From a virus: a DNA stretch of 41,632 bases. The notes below the pieces were generated by a model that had not been told where the DNA came from, searched no databases, and saw only the letters and a program-made list of their open reading frames with translations. Shown here in pieces: positions 1 through 8,458 of this stretch (position 1 is its first letter; the number at the start of each line of letters is the position of its first letter). A program made the position numbers and the translations under genes. Location of the stretch: the IMG/VR virus record IMGVR_UViG_3300045988_015973, positions 1-41,632 of that record; one strand, 5' to 3'.

Positions 1-55
1 GACGTCGAGCTTTGCTGTTCATGCGGGATGCGAATTCGTGAATGGCTAAAACCGA
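1..55 (+). repeat. Left copy of exact 55-nt terminal overlap
   Basis: The string gacgtcgagctttgctgttcatgcgggatgcgaattcgtgaatggctaaaaccga was read at both ends of the window. Confidence 0.95.
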
Positions 56-81
56 CCGAGGAGGGCAAGAAGGATGGATAA
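1..81 (+). CDS. 3' end of junction-spanning small zinc-ribbon protein (gene starts at 41476)
   Basis: Same phase as the ORF that runs off the window end. Reads DVELCCSCGMRIREWLKPTEEGKKDG, then TAA at 79-81. Confidence 0.6.
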   Translation, partial: DVELCCSCGMRIREWLKPTEEGKKDG

Positions 82-364
82 ATCGATATTCCTTCTTGTC
101 GTATGCCATTTGATTGGGGACTATTGCTTGCAGAACGATTTCCTCGCAAGAACAAAAGGCCAGAATTGGTATCACCTGTTTGCACACTGCGCCCTCTACG
201 TTGTTCCTTTCTATGCAGTTTTCGGCTGGTGCTGGCAATTAGGGGCGGTATTCGTTTCCCACATGATCGTCGATGCGCTGAAAGCGAGATATTATAAGAT
301 TTCGTACCACCTCGATCAGATCATTCATTATGCCGTATTGTCTGTGTTTTTGATTTGGAGGTAA
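74..364 (+). CDS. DUF3307-like small membrane protein
   Basis: 96-aa ORF that is hydrophobic, with HLIGDYCLQ and SHMIVDALK motifs like the DUF3307 H-x3-D pattern (from memory). Visibly lower GC than its neighbours. Confidence 0.6.
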   Translation: MDKSIFLLVVCHLIGDYCLQNDFLARTKGQNWYHLFAHCALYVVPFYAVFGWCWQLGAVFVSHMIVDALKARYYKISYHLDQIIHYAVLSVFLIWR

Positions 365-369
365 GAGGG

Positions 370-639
370 ATGGATAAGTTAAAGCCGTGCCCGTTCTGCG
401 GCGGCTCGGCCAAGATCGTCCTGTGCGACGATGAAGGAAATCTTCACGATGAAGATTATGCGTTGAGCCCTTATAGCGGAGTGGGTTTTAATATCAGGCA
501 TACTCACGAAGAAAACCCAGAGTGTCCGATTGCGGGATACGAGGTGGACGGCGGCATAGTCGGTGGCGTGTATATCTACGATACCGAAGAGCAAGCCGCA
601 GAGGCTTGGAACAGGAGGGTAAATGATGGGTCAACATAA
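370..639 (+). CDS. Lar-family restriction-alleviation-like protein
   Basis: Reads MDKLKPCPFCGG...EEQAAEAWNRR; the KPCPFCGG plus AWNRR pattern is typical of the Lar family. SD ggagg lies upstream of ATG 370, inside track ORF 355..639. Confidence 0.7.
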   Translation: MDKLKPCPFCGGSAKIVLCDDEGNLHDEDYALSPYSGVGFNIRHTHEENPECPIAGYEVDGGIVGGVYIYDTEEQAAEAWNRRVNDGST

Positions 640-826
640 GCACAACCCGACCGCTATTGCGGCGGCAAAAGGCGAGCTGCCGCCGAAGAAGCGAGAGCGG
701 CGGCTGACCAAGCGGCAGGCGGAGCGGCTTTTGAAAGCAGAGATCCTGAGTAGATGCACGCCGCTGCTTGCACTGCCGTATGAAATGCGAAACAGAATCG
801 GAAGGGAGTATATGGATTATGACTGA
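623..826 (+). CDS. Hypothetical basic protein
   Basis: 67-aa ORF with SD ggaggg 4 nt upstream. Overlaps its neighbours in operon style. Confidence 0.5.
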   Translation: MMGQHKHNPTAIAAAKGELPPKKRERRLTKRQAERLLKAEILSRCTPLLALPYEMRNRIGREYMDYD

Positions 827-1154
827 TTACATCAAGCGCACAGATGCGGTTAAAATCGCCGAAAAGTACGGGCTTGCGAACGGATCTGCATTGGGACGGC
901 ATACTGGACTGGCGGATTGCATCGCAAGTGAGATTTTATCATTGCCCGCCGCCGACGTTGCGCCGGTGCGGCATGGACACTGGATCGGAGAGGGCGACGG
1001 CTATGCCGATGGCGAGCTGGTTTTCGATGTGTGGCACTGCTCCGAGTGCGACTACTGCATCGACGACGGGACGGATGATCCGGAGCGCCTGCCGAAATAC
1101 TGCCCCGGATGCGGCGCTCTGATGGATGGAGGTGAAGATCGTGCGGTTAGTTGA
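819..1154 (+). CDS. Hypothetical zinc-ribbon protein, paralogue A
   Basis: Internal ATG 819 of track ORF 768..1154 (MTDYIKRTDAV...). C-terminal part reads CSECDYC...YCPGCGALM. Shares the pattern LP..DV.PV.HG.W...C..C...YCP.CGA.M with the next gene. Confidence 0.6.
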   Translation: MTDYIKRTDAVKIAEKYGLANGSALGRHTGLADCIASEILSLPAADVAPVRHGHWIGEGDGYADGELVFDVWHCSECDYCIDDGTDDPERLPKYCPGCGALMDGGEDRAVS

Positions 1155-1470
1155 TTTAGATGCAGTAATCGATTGCCTCGAAGTGGAGTGGGGATACGAG
1201 GGGATACGTGAGGACTTATACAGTCTGCCGGTCGTAGACGCTGTGCCGATTGTGCATGGGAAGTGGGGTGACAATGGGATCTCGGGTTCAATGCTGGTGA
1301 AATGCTCTGTATGTGGCTTTGACTGCGGAGCAAACAGCTTTTCTTACTGCCCGAACTGCGGGGCGCGGATGCGGCGGGCGAAGCGGGAAGCGGAGAAGCT
1401 GATTCGCGAGAACCGGGAACGGCTGGTGACGCCGAGTTGTGAGGGGGAACGAGGGATGGAGAGTGAATGA
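1141..1470 (+). CDS. Hypothetical zinc-ribbon protein, paralogue B
   Basis: Track ORF 1126..1470. GTG 1141 is preferred because ggaggtga lies 5 nt upstream. Reads CSVCGF...YCPNCGARM. The start is uncertain (1126 is possible). Confidence 0.55.
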   Translation: MRLVDLDAVIDCLEVEWGYEGIREDLYSLPVVDAVPIVHGKWGDNGISGSMLVKCSVCGFDCGANSFSYCPNCGARMRRAKREAEKLIRENRERLVTPSCEGERGMESE

Positions 1471-1744
1471 AAGCGCCGCTGACTGGGGCCTTGTTTTCGA
1501 TACGCTGCTGCTGATAGCGTTTCTTCAGTCAGACGCGGAAACGCCGGAGGCTGCGGCGGAGAAATTCGCGAAGAAACTCCTTGACATTCCGGAGAATGTA
1601 GACCTTTTCGCGGAAACGCCGGAAGAACGGCGCGCACGGAGTGACAAGTGGTATGCTCAAGAATGGGAGAAAATTAAGCAAGAAATTGAGGAAATGAAAA
1701 TATCGGAAGATACCATGCGACCGGAAAATCCAGCATTGGGATGA
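1463..1744 (+). CDS. Hypothetical acidic protein
   Basis: Track ORF 1439..1744. GTG 1463 follows gaggga. The start is uncertain. Confidence 0.45.
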   Translation: MNESAADWGLVFDTLLLIAFLQSDAETPEAAAEKFAKKLLDIPENVDLFAETPEERRARSDKWYAQEWEKIKQEIEEMKISEDTMRPENPALG

Positions 1745-1781
1745 TGCCGGGAATCTTTGGCGCGATTTGATGGGAGGAACA

Positions 1782-2114
1782 ATGAGAAGCGAACTGGGAG
1801 AACGGATTTTTCAGGAAATCGGAGAAGATGGCGTGCTGGAGCAGCTCGCGAGTGCGTTGTACTATATGTCATCGACAGTGCAGCTCATGAAGTGTCCACG
1901 AAGCCGAAAAGAAAAGCTGCGGCCGATGCTGGCTGACGAATGGGCTGATGTGCTGATGAGTGCCGGAGTTCTGGGAATTGAGCTGAACCCGGATGCGTGC
2001 GGCGGAAAGCTCATCAGCTGGGCGAAAGCTATTGGGATCGAGGTCGGCGATGAGGGCATAAAAGGGCCTCCGGGTGCGCTGGGGGTTGATCCACGGGGCG
2101 AGAGAGGAACATGA
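1782..2114 (+). CDS. Hypothetical protein (weak MazG-like helical pattern, short Gly-X-Y tail)
   Basis: ATG 1782 follows gggagg, inside track ORF 1767..2114. The patterns EIGEDGVLEQLA and LADEWADVL are only loosely MazG-like. Confidence 0.45.
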   Translation: MRSELGERIFQEIGEDGVLEQLASALYYMSSTVQLMKCPRSRKEKLRPMLADEWADVLMSAGVLGIELNPDACGGKLISWAKAIGIEVGDEGIKGPPGALGVDPRGERGT

Positions 2115-2183
2115 CGGCTGAACGGAGCGCCGGGCGACCGGCGCTGCTTTGAACCGGCAGAAAAAAGAGAAAGGGTGAGCGGG

Positions 2184-2954
2184 ATGCGCAGAGTGAAGCA
2201 GAGGATCTTCTGCGGCGCGGTTTGCGAGCAGATCGTATACAACATCCGGGATGGCGCGGACGTGAAGACGGCGAAGATTGGAAAGCCACGCTTTGAAAAT
2301 GAGGAAGACCGGGCAGCGCACCGAGAAGCGATCAGCAGGAAGAAAAATGAGCGGCTGATCAATGCGAACTTTTCGCCCGCCTCGCTTTATTCGACGCTGA
2401 CCTTTGATCTGGACAGCGAAGTACATACCGTTGCGGAGTGCAAGCGGGAACGGGACAATTTTTACCGCCGCATACTATATAAATATCCGGCGGCGAAGAT
2501 CTATCTGGTGTACGGCAAGGGAAAGCACACGGGGCGCTTCCACCTGCACATGATCTCGGACGGCGTGCCGGAGGAGGAAATCGGGAAGCTCTGGGGCAGG
2601 GGAAGCGTGATCGACGTGAAGCCGCTGCGCAAGCACAACTATTATAAAAATGAGAGCGGGCAGCTCGTCGACCACGGGCAGGACTACACGGCGCTGGCGA
2701 ATTATCTCTTCGACCACTGGCGGGAGGAGTTCGGCGGGCACCGCTGGAAGGCAAGCCGGACGTGCCGGATGCCAGAGGCGGAGACGCCGACCGAGGCCGT
2801 GCGCGAGTACAGCCCGAAGCGGCCGCCGGTGGCGCCGCGCGGATATGTGCTGGCGGAGTGCCGGGCGACGAAGTACGGATATCAATATTATAAATATGTA
2901 TGTGTGCCGGAAAAGGAGCAGGAACGCAAGCGGACGGGACGCCGCTTAGATTGA
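2184..2954 (+). CDS. HUH-endonuclease (rolling-circle Rep)-like protein
   Basis: Ordered motifs are YSTLTFD, RFHLHMISD (His-hydrophobic-His) and Tyr-rich LANYLFDH / YGYQYYKYV. The ATG is at 2184, inside track ORF 2175..2954. Confidence 0.6.
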   Translation: MRRVKQRIFCGAVCEQIVYNIRDGADVKTAKIGKPRFENEEDRAAHREAISRKKNERLINANFSPASLYSTLTFDLDSEVHTVAECKRERDNFYRRILYKYPAAKIYLVYGKGKHTGRFHLHMISDGVPEEEIGKLWGRGSVIDVKPLRKHNYYKNESGQLVDHGQDYTALANYLFDHWREEFGGHRWKASRTCRMPEAETPTEAVREYSPKRPPVAPRGYVLAECRATKYGYQYYKYVCVPEKEQERKRTGRRLD

Positions 2955-2996
2955 GCCTTGTAAATGTGTAAAGTTTTACGACGAAGGAGGCGGAGC

Positions 2997-3203
2997 ATGA
3001 GCGACTACTGGCACAGGGCGTACATCTGCCCATTTTGGACGGCAGCTGGCAAAAAGACGATCAAATGCGAAGACGGCTGCATGCTCTGCTTCCGGGAAAG
3101 CTGCGACACAGCAGAGTACATCAGCCGGTATTGCGCAAGCTATGATTACCGGAAGTGCAGCGTCGCGGCGGCAAAGCTGCGATATTTTGACCGGCAGGCA
3201 TAA
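2997..3203 (+). CDS. Cys-rich hypothetical protein
   Basis: ATG 2997 follows aaggagg (MSDYWHRAYICPFW...). Contains 8 Cys and lies directly upstream of terS. Confidence 0.6.
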   Translation: MSDYWHRAYICPFWTAAGKKTIKCEDGCMLCFRESCDTAEYISRYCASYDYRKCSVAAAKLRYFDRQA

Positions 3204-3221
3204 AGATATTGGCACAGAGGA

Positions 3222-3251
3222 AGCGCGCGGGAGTGGCCCGGGCGCTCTTTT
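3222..3251 (+). terminator. Possible intrinsic terminator upstream of the packaging genes
   Basis: Stem agcgcGcggg / cccgGgcgct has 9 bp with one G-G mismatch and a 5-nt loop, followed by cTTTT. Confidence 0.4.
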
Positions 3252-3313
3252 GGCGTGGGGTGAAAAGCCAAAAAGCATGGTTTATGCTTAAAAGCGAAGG
3301 GAGGTGACGCCGG

Positions 3314-3748
3314 ATGGGACGGAAACCGACATTCACATCGGCAGAGGAAATGCAGGAGAAGATCGACGCCTATTTTGCAAGCTGCGAGCGGGAGCTGCTG
3401 CGAGATGGAGATGGAACGCCGATGCTGAACAAGAACGGCGAGCCGGTATACGTCGGCGGAAGGCCGATGACCATTCAGGGACTTGCATTGGCGCTCGGGT
3501 TTACCTCGCGGCAGAGCTTGCTCAACTACAAGGCAAAGCGCGAATTTGTGGACACGGTGACGCGCGCGCGCCTGCGTGTGGAACAATACGCAGCCGAACG
3601 GCTCTTTGACCGGGATGCACAGCGCGGCGCACAGTTCACACTTGCATACGGGTTTGGATATGCGCGGGACACAGAGGACAGCAAGAACCGGGAGACGCAA
3701 GGTGTGAAGATTGAGATTGACCGGGAGCTGGAGGAGAGCAGCGAATGA
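3314..3748 (+). CDS. terS: Terminase small subunit
   Basis: MGRKPTFTSAEEMQEKIDAYF...PMTIQGLALALGFTSRQSLLNY is the typical HTH-containing small terminase N-terminus. ATGA overlap with terL. Confidence 0.85.
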   Translation: MGRKPTFTSAEEMQEKIDAYFASCERELLRDGDGTPMLNKNGEPVYVGGRPMTIQGLALALGFTSRQSLLNYKAKREFVDTVTRARLRVEQYAAERLFDRDAQRGAQFTLAYGFGYARDTEDSKNRETQGVKIEIDRELEESSE

Positions 3749-5103
3749 AAACGCTGACGATTGGCACGGTACAGCCGAAGCAATGGCTCTTTATGACCGA
3801 CAAGCACCGGCACATTGCATACGGCGGAGCACGCGGCGGCGGGAAAAGCTGGGCGGTGCGCGCAAAGTCAAAATTGCTGGCGCTGCGATACCCGGGGATC
3901 AAGGAGCTGATCGTGCGCCGGACGATGCCGGAGCTGCGGAACAACCACATCGACCAACTACGGACGGAGCTGAAGGGATTTGCAAAGTACAACCAGACGG
4001 AAAAGATTTTCCGTTTCCCGAACGGCAGCAGCATCGCGTTCGGCTACTGCGCAAAGGACAACGACCTCTACCAGTATCAGGGCGCGGAATATGACGTGAT
4101 TTTCATCGACGAAGCGGCGCAGCTCCGCGAGGAATGGATCAAGAAGATCAACGCCTGCGTGCGCGGCGCGAACGGGTTTCCGAAGCGGACATATTACACG
4201 CTGAACCCCGGTGGGCCGAGCCACGGCTATTTCAAGCGGCTGTTTGTCGATCGCATTTTCAATCCAGACGAGTATCCGGAGGATTATTCCTTCATACAAG
4301 CGAAGGTCACGGACAACAAGGCGCTGCTGCGGGAGCAGCCGGACTACATCCGAAGTTTGGAGAATCTGCCGCCGAAGCTGCGGGCTGCGTGGCTTGATGG
4401 GCGTTGGGACGTTTATGAAGGACAGTTCTTCGAGGATTTCGTCAACAACCCGGACGGATACCAGACGCGGCAGGGAACGCACGTCATCGATCCGTTCGAG
4501 ATTCCGAGCGGGTGGACGATCTGCCGGAGCTACGACTTCGGATATGGGAAACCATTCTCCTGCGCATGGTGGGCGGTGGACTACGACGGCGTGATATACC
4601 GCATTTTGGAGCTGTACGGCTGCACGCAGACACCGAACGAGGGCGTGAAGTGGACACCGGACAAACAGTTTGCGGAGATCGCGAAGATCGAGCGGCAGCA
4701 CCCATGGCTCAAGGGAAAGGACATCACAGGCATTGCAGACCCGGCAATCTGGGACGCGAGCCGCGGTGAGAGCATCGAGCAGACGGCGGCACGGTACGGC
4801 GTGTATTTCACCAAGGGCGACAACGAGCGCATCGCGGGATGGATGCAATGCCACTACCGGCTGCAATTTGATGAGAACGGATACCCGCGGATGTATGTTT
4901 TCCGCAACTGCGAGGCGTTTATCCGCACGATCCCGATTTTGGTATACGACGAGCACAAGGTTGAAGATCTCGACACGAGCATGGAGGATCATGTGGCGGA
5001 CGAATGGCGGTACTTCTGCATGAGCAGGCCGATTCGCCCGATGCAGACGGCTCCGGCGCAGCCGGTTTGGGCAGATCCGCTGAACCAGATGAAAAAACAA
5101 TGA
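3745..5103 (+). CDS. terL: Terminase large subunit
   Basis: 452 aa with Walker A-like YGGARGGGKSW, Walker B-like VIFIDEA and a C-terminal nuclease-like acidic motif. Position follows terS. Confidence 0.9.
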   Translation: MKTLTIGTVQPKQWLFMTDKHRHIAYGGARGGGKSWAVRAKSKLLALRYPGIKELIVRRTMPELRNNHIDQLRTELKGFAKYNQTEKIFRFPNGSSIAFGYCAKDNDLYQYQGAEYDVIFIDEAAQLREEWIKKINACVRGANGFPKRTYYTLNPGGPSHGYFKRLFVDRIFNPDEYPEDYSFIQAKVTDNKALLREQPDYIRSLENLPPKLRAAWLDGRWDVYEGQFFEDFVNNPDGYQTRQGTHVIDPFEIPSGWTICRSYDFGYGKPFSCAWWAVDYDGVIYRILELYGCTQTPNEGVKWTPDKQFAEIAKIERQHPWLKGKDITGIADPAIWDASRGESIEQTAARYGVYFTKGDNERIAGWMQCHYRLQFDENGYPRMYVFRNCEAFIRTIPILVYDEHKVEDLDTSMEDHVADEWRYFCMSRPIRPMQTAPAQPVWADPLNQMKKQ

Positions 5104-5215
5104 AAAATATGCACAGAAAAGCGAATGAATATGCGAGAAGGCACAAAAATTTCCGGGGGAAAGACCGGAGAATGGGCGCATAACGGTGAATACATGAATG
5201 AAAGGGGTGAGGCCG

Positions 5216-6976
5216 ATGCTGATGCCAGCATTGACGGACACTGAGAAGAGCACCGTCACGACGGAGGTCTTCGGGGGCTACAACCACAATCTCGAAATTG
5301 GAGACGGCGAGTTTTACGACATGAAAAATCTGTGCTCGGAGCACTACCCGCTTTTGAGCCAGAGGCCGAAGCGGAGCTTTGACCGGCAGCTGAACAGCCC
5401 GCAGGCGCTTATCTCGCGGGATGCGCTTTGCTGGATCGACAACCAACAGCTCTATATTTCCGGCTATTCGATGGCAGAGTATATGCCGTCGGTGCAGATC
5501 ACGAGCGGGAAGAAGCAGATCGTGTCGATGGGCGCGTATCTCTGCATCTTCCCGGACGGCATTTACTTCAACACGGAAAAGTATTCGGACAACGGCTACA
5601 TGGGGCACGCAAACAGCGTGGCGCTTGGCGCGAGCCGGAAGCTCGGCATTTCGCTCTGCACGGTGGACGGCACGGCGATCACGGTAAGCTATACGCAGAG
5701 CGGCCAGCCGGAGAACGCGACAAACGGCCAATACTGGATCGACACGAGCGGAAGCATGCACACGCTGAAACAGTACGCGGCGACAACCTCGCAATGGGTG
5801 TCGGTGCCGACGGTCTATCTCAAGCTCACGGCGGACGGCATCGGACAGGGATTTTCCAAGTACGATGGAATCCGGCTGAGCGGGCTGACCGGAAGTGAGC
5901 AGGTGAAAGCGCTCAACGGCTCGCACATTCTCTACGACGTGGCGGAAAGCTACATCGTGATTGTGGGCCTTGTCGACCAGACAACGGAGCTGACGAACGG
6001 GACGATAAAGACCGAGCGGAAGGTGCCGGACATGGACCATGTGACCGAGAGCGGAAACCGGCTCTGGGGCTGCAAGTATGGCGTGGTGGACGGCGAGACC
6101 GTAAACGAACTTTATTGCTGCAAGCTCGGGGACTTCAAGAACTGGGAGTGCTATGAGGGCGTGGCGACGGACAGCTGGCGCGCGAGCTGCGGCACGGATG
6201 GGAGATGGACGGGCGCGGCGACGCTGGCCGACAGCCCGATCTTCTTCAAGGAGGACTGCTTCCACCGAGTATACCCATCTGCACAGGGCGCGCATCAGGT
6301 CGTCGTGCAGAAATGTGAGGGCGTGCAGCGCGGATCGGAAAAGAGCCTTGTCGTGGTAGATGACCGGCTCTATTACAAGTCGCGCATGGGCGTCTGCGTC
6401 TACACGGGCGGGATGCCGGAGAACATCGGCAGCGCGTTCGGAAACACACTCTACTATGAGGCAGTGGCCGGAGGGGTGCGCGGGAAGTATTACATCTCAA
6501 TGCGGGATGGAGAAAACGTTTGGGCGCTCTTCTGCTACGACACGCGGCGCGGGATCTGGCACAAGGAGGACAGCCTGCACGCGGCAGAGTTTGCCCGCGT
6601 GGACGATGAGCTTTACTGCCTGGACAGCGAGAAGCACGTAGACTGTCTGTATGGGTCGGCGGGACAGCTGGAAGGGGCCGTCGAGTGGATGGCAGAAACA
6701 GGAATGATGACCTACGGCCTCGCGGGGAAGAAGTACATCACGCGGCTCGATCTGCGGATGCAGCTTCCGAAGGGAAGCAGCATGGATTTCTGGATTCAGT
6801 ACGATTCGGACGGACAGTGGCGGCACAGCGGACATCTGGACGGGAAAGGACTGCGGACGTTCCTGCTGCCGATTCGACCTTGCCGGTGCGACCATCTGCA
6901 ATTCCGCATGACGGGCAAGGGCGAGATCAAGCTATACGGCCTGACGCGCGTGCTGGAAGCGGGGAGCGACGCATGA
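5216..6976 (+). CDS. Putative tail/nozzle-type structural protein with beta-propeller-like repeats
   Basis: ATG 5216 follows aaaggggtgagg (track ORF 5198..6976). Has repeated YY.S / ..CY.. strand-like motifs. The functional call rests on position and size only. Confidence 0.5.
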   Translation: MLMPALTDTEKSTVTTEVFGGYNHNLEIGDGEFYDMKNLCSEHYPLLSQRPKRSFDRQLNSPQALISRDALCWIDNQQLYISGYSMAEYMPSVQITSGKKQIVSMGAYLCIFPDGIYFNTEKYSDNGYMGHANSVALGASRKLGISLCTVDGTAITVSYTQSGQPENATNGQYWIDTSGSMHTLKQYAATTSQWVSVPTVYLKLTADGIGQGFSKYDGIRLSGLTGSEQVKALNGSHILYDVAESYIVIVGLVDQTTELTNGTIKTERKVPDMDHVTESGNRLWGCKYGVVDGETVNELYCCKLGDFKNWECYEGVATDSWRASCGTDGRWTGAATLADSPIFFKEDCFHRVYPSAQGAHQVVVQKCEGVQRGSEKSLVVVDDRLYYKSRMGVCVYTGGMPENIGSAFGNTLYYEAVAGGVRGKYYISMRDGENVWALFCYDTRRGIWHKEDSLHAAEFARVDDELYCLDSEKHVDCLYGSAGQLEGAVEWMAETGMMTYGLAGKKYITRLDLRMQLPKGSSMDFWIQYDSDGQWRHSGHLDGKGLRTFLLPIRPCRCDHLQFRMTGKGEIKLYGLTRVLEAGSDA

Positions 6977-6992
6977 GAAAGGAGGTGCGACG

Positions 6993-8228
6993 ATGGGCAG
7001 CATGAAATTGGCGTACCCATCCATTGCCGGAAAGACGAGCGGGGAACAGCTGGAATCCATGCGGCGCTACCTCTGCACGCTGACGGATCAGCTCAACCTC
7101 GCGGACTGGTCGGCGGGCGCGGTACTGCAGGAAGTGTCGCGGGCCATTGATGCGGACAGCCTGCCGGACGCGGAGCGGAAGACGCAGCTCGGGAATTTTG
7201 GGCAGCTCAAGGCGCTGATTATCAAGACGGCAGACTACGCCGCCGCGAACAGCGAGGAATTTCAGACGAAGCTCTCGGGGAACTATGTGGCGGTATCGGA
7301 CTTCGGGAAGTACTGGCAGGAAGCCACGATGACCATTGACGGAAACGAATTCGGCATCCGGCAGCTCTACGACTACGCGGCGGGCATCAACAATGATTTC
7401 ACGGTGAAGTCACAGCAATATGTGAAGACCGGGCTGCTCTATTACAACGGCGCAGTGCCGGTCTACGGCGTGGGCGTCGGCAACATCGAGACCACGGTGA
7501 CGAAAGACGGCGAGACCGTGGTAGACCAGGCGAAAAATGAGCTGGTGACCGTGACGCCTGGGAGGCTGTCCTTCTGGCAAAGTGGAAGCGAAGTGGCGTA
7601 TCTCACGGATAAGAAGCTGCACTTCCCGTCCGGCACGCTGGAAGCGACAAATGCGGTACTATCCGGGACGCTGACGGCAGCGAGTGGGTCAACGATCGGG
7701 CCGTGGACGGTATCGGACAGCAGCATCTACCGTACCCACAACACATGGGGCGCGTCCGGCGGACTGTATTTCGGGACGAGCGGGCTGAGCCTCGGCAGTA
7801 ATTTCAAGGTCGACGCGAGCGGAAATCTGACGGCGAGCGGCGCAAGCATTTCGGGGACCATTACGGCGAGCAGTCTGTATGTCGGTGGGAACGAGATCGC
7901 GACACAGCTGAACTATCTGACACAAACGGTGTATTCGCAGCTGAGCGCGCTGATGGGCTATGTTACAGCGCAGGGGCAGTACAGCGGGAATCTGGCGGGG
8001 AACACGGTCACGGTTGGGTCGCAAGGGATTTTGTATGGAAGTTATAACTCACAGGGAAACCCGGGAATGGAAGTGTACGGTTCGAACGGACTGAGACTGA
8101 CGTCTGCTGGAAACGTATATCTTGGCGCACAGGGCGGCGGAACGAATGGATCGATCACCATTGGCGGCGGGAAGGTCAGCATCTACGCTGAATCCGGGCT
8201 ATACGTTAACGGAACGAAAGTTACATAA
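6993..8228 (+). CDS. Putative tail fibre/spike-like protein
   Basis: SD aggagg lies 6 nt upstream. The Gly/Ser/Thr-rich C-terminal half has repeats such as SGTLTAASGSTIG and ASISGTITASS. Confidence 0.5.
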   Translation: MGSMKLAYPSIAGKTSGEQLESMRRYLCTLTDQLNLADWSAGAVLQEVSRAIDADSLPDAERKTQLGNFGQLKALIIKTADYAAANSEEFQTKLSGNYVAVSDFGKYWQEATMTIDGNEFGIRQLYDYAAGINNDFTVKSQQYVKTGLLYYNGAVPVYGVGVGNIETTVTKDGETVVDQAKNELVTVTPGRLSFWQSGSEVAYLTDKKLHFPSGTLEATNAVLSGTLTAASGSTIGPWTVSDSSIYRTHNTWGASGGLYFGTSGLSLGSNFKVDASGNLTASGASISGTITASSLYVGGNEIATQLNYLTQTVYSQLSALMGYVTAQGQYSGNLAGNTVTVGSQGILYGSYNSQGNPGMEVYGSNGLRLTSAGNVYLGAQGGGTNGSITIGGGKVSIYAESGLYVNGTKVT

Positions 8229-8239
8229 GGAGGAGCAAC

Positions 8240-8458
8240 ATGGGAATTGGAATGGCGATCGAGGCGCTGCGGGAGAAGCTGATCAAGGACATCAATGAAT
8301 CCGGCCTGCCGCCTGTGGTGGTGGAACTGGTGCTGCAGCCGCTCATGGCAGAGCTGCACGGGATGGCGATTGGGCAGATCCAGGCGGAGCAGATCCACAA
8401 AAAAGAGGAAAAGGAGAAAGCCGATGCAGGAACAGAACATGCAGACGATGGAGAATGA
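8240..8458 (+). CDS. Hypothetical small acidic protein
   Basis: 72 aa with a strong SD (aaggagg). Overlaps the portal start. Confidence 0.6.
   Translation: MGIGMAIEALREKLIKDINESGLPPVVVELVLQPLMAELHGMAIGQIQAEQIHKKEEKEKADAGTEHADDGE

Noticed and set aside
1-55. 55-nt end repeat as a genuine phage direct terminal repeat
   Set aside because: The length equals a common assembler k-mer, and a CDS reads seamlessly through the junction. Circularisation overlap is the simpler reading, though only read mapping can settle this.
3958-6295. Long minus-strand ORFs 3958..5259 (433 aa) and 4919..6295 (458 aa), antisense to terL and the tail-like gene
   Set aside because: Their composition is rich in Arg, Pro, Ala and His, and they have no SD. 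They are fully antisense to well-supported genes. This is the typical stop-codon-poor antisense frame of GC-rich coding DNA.
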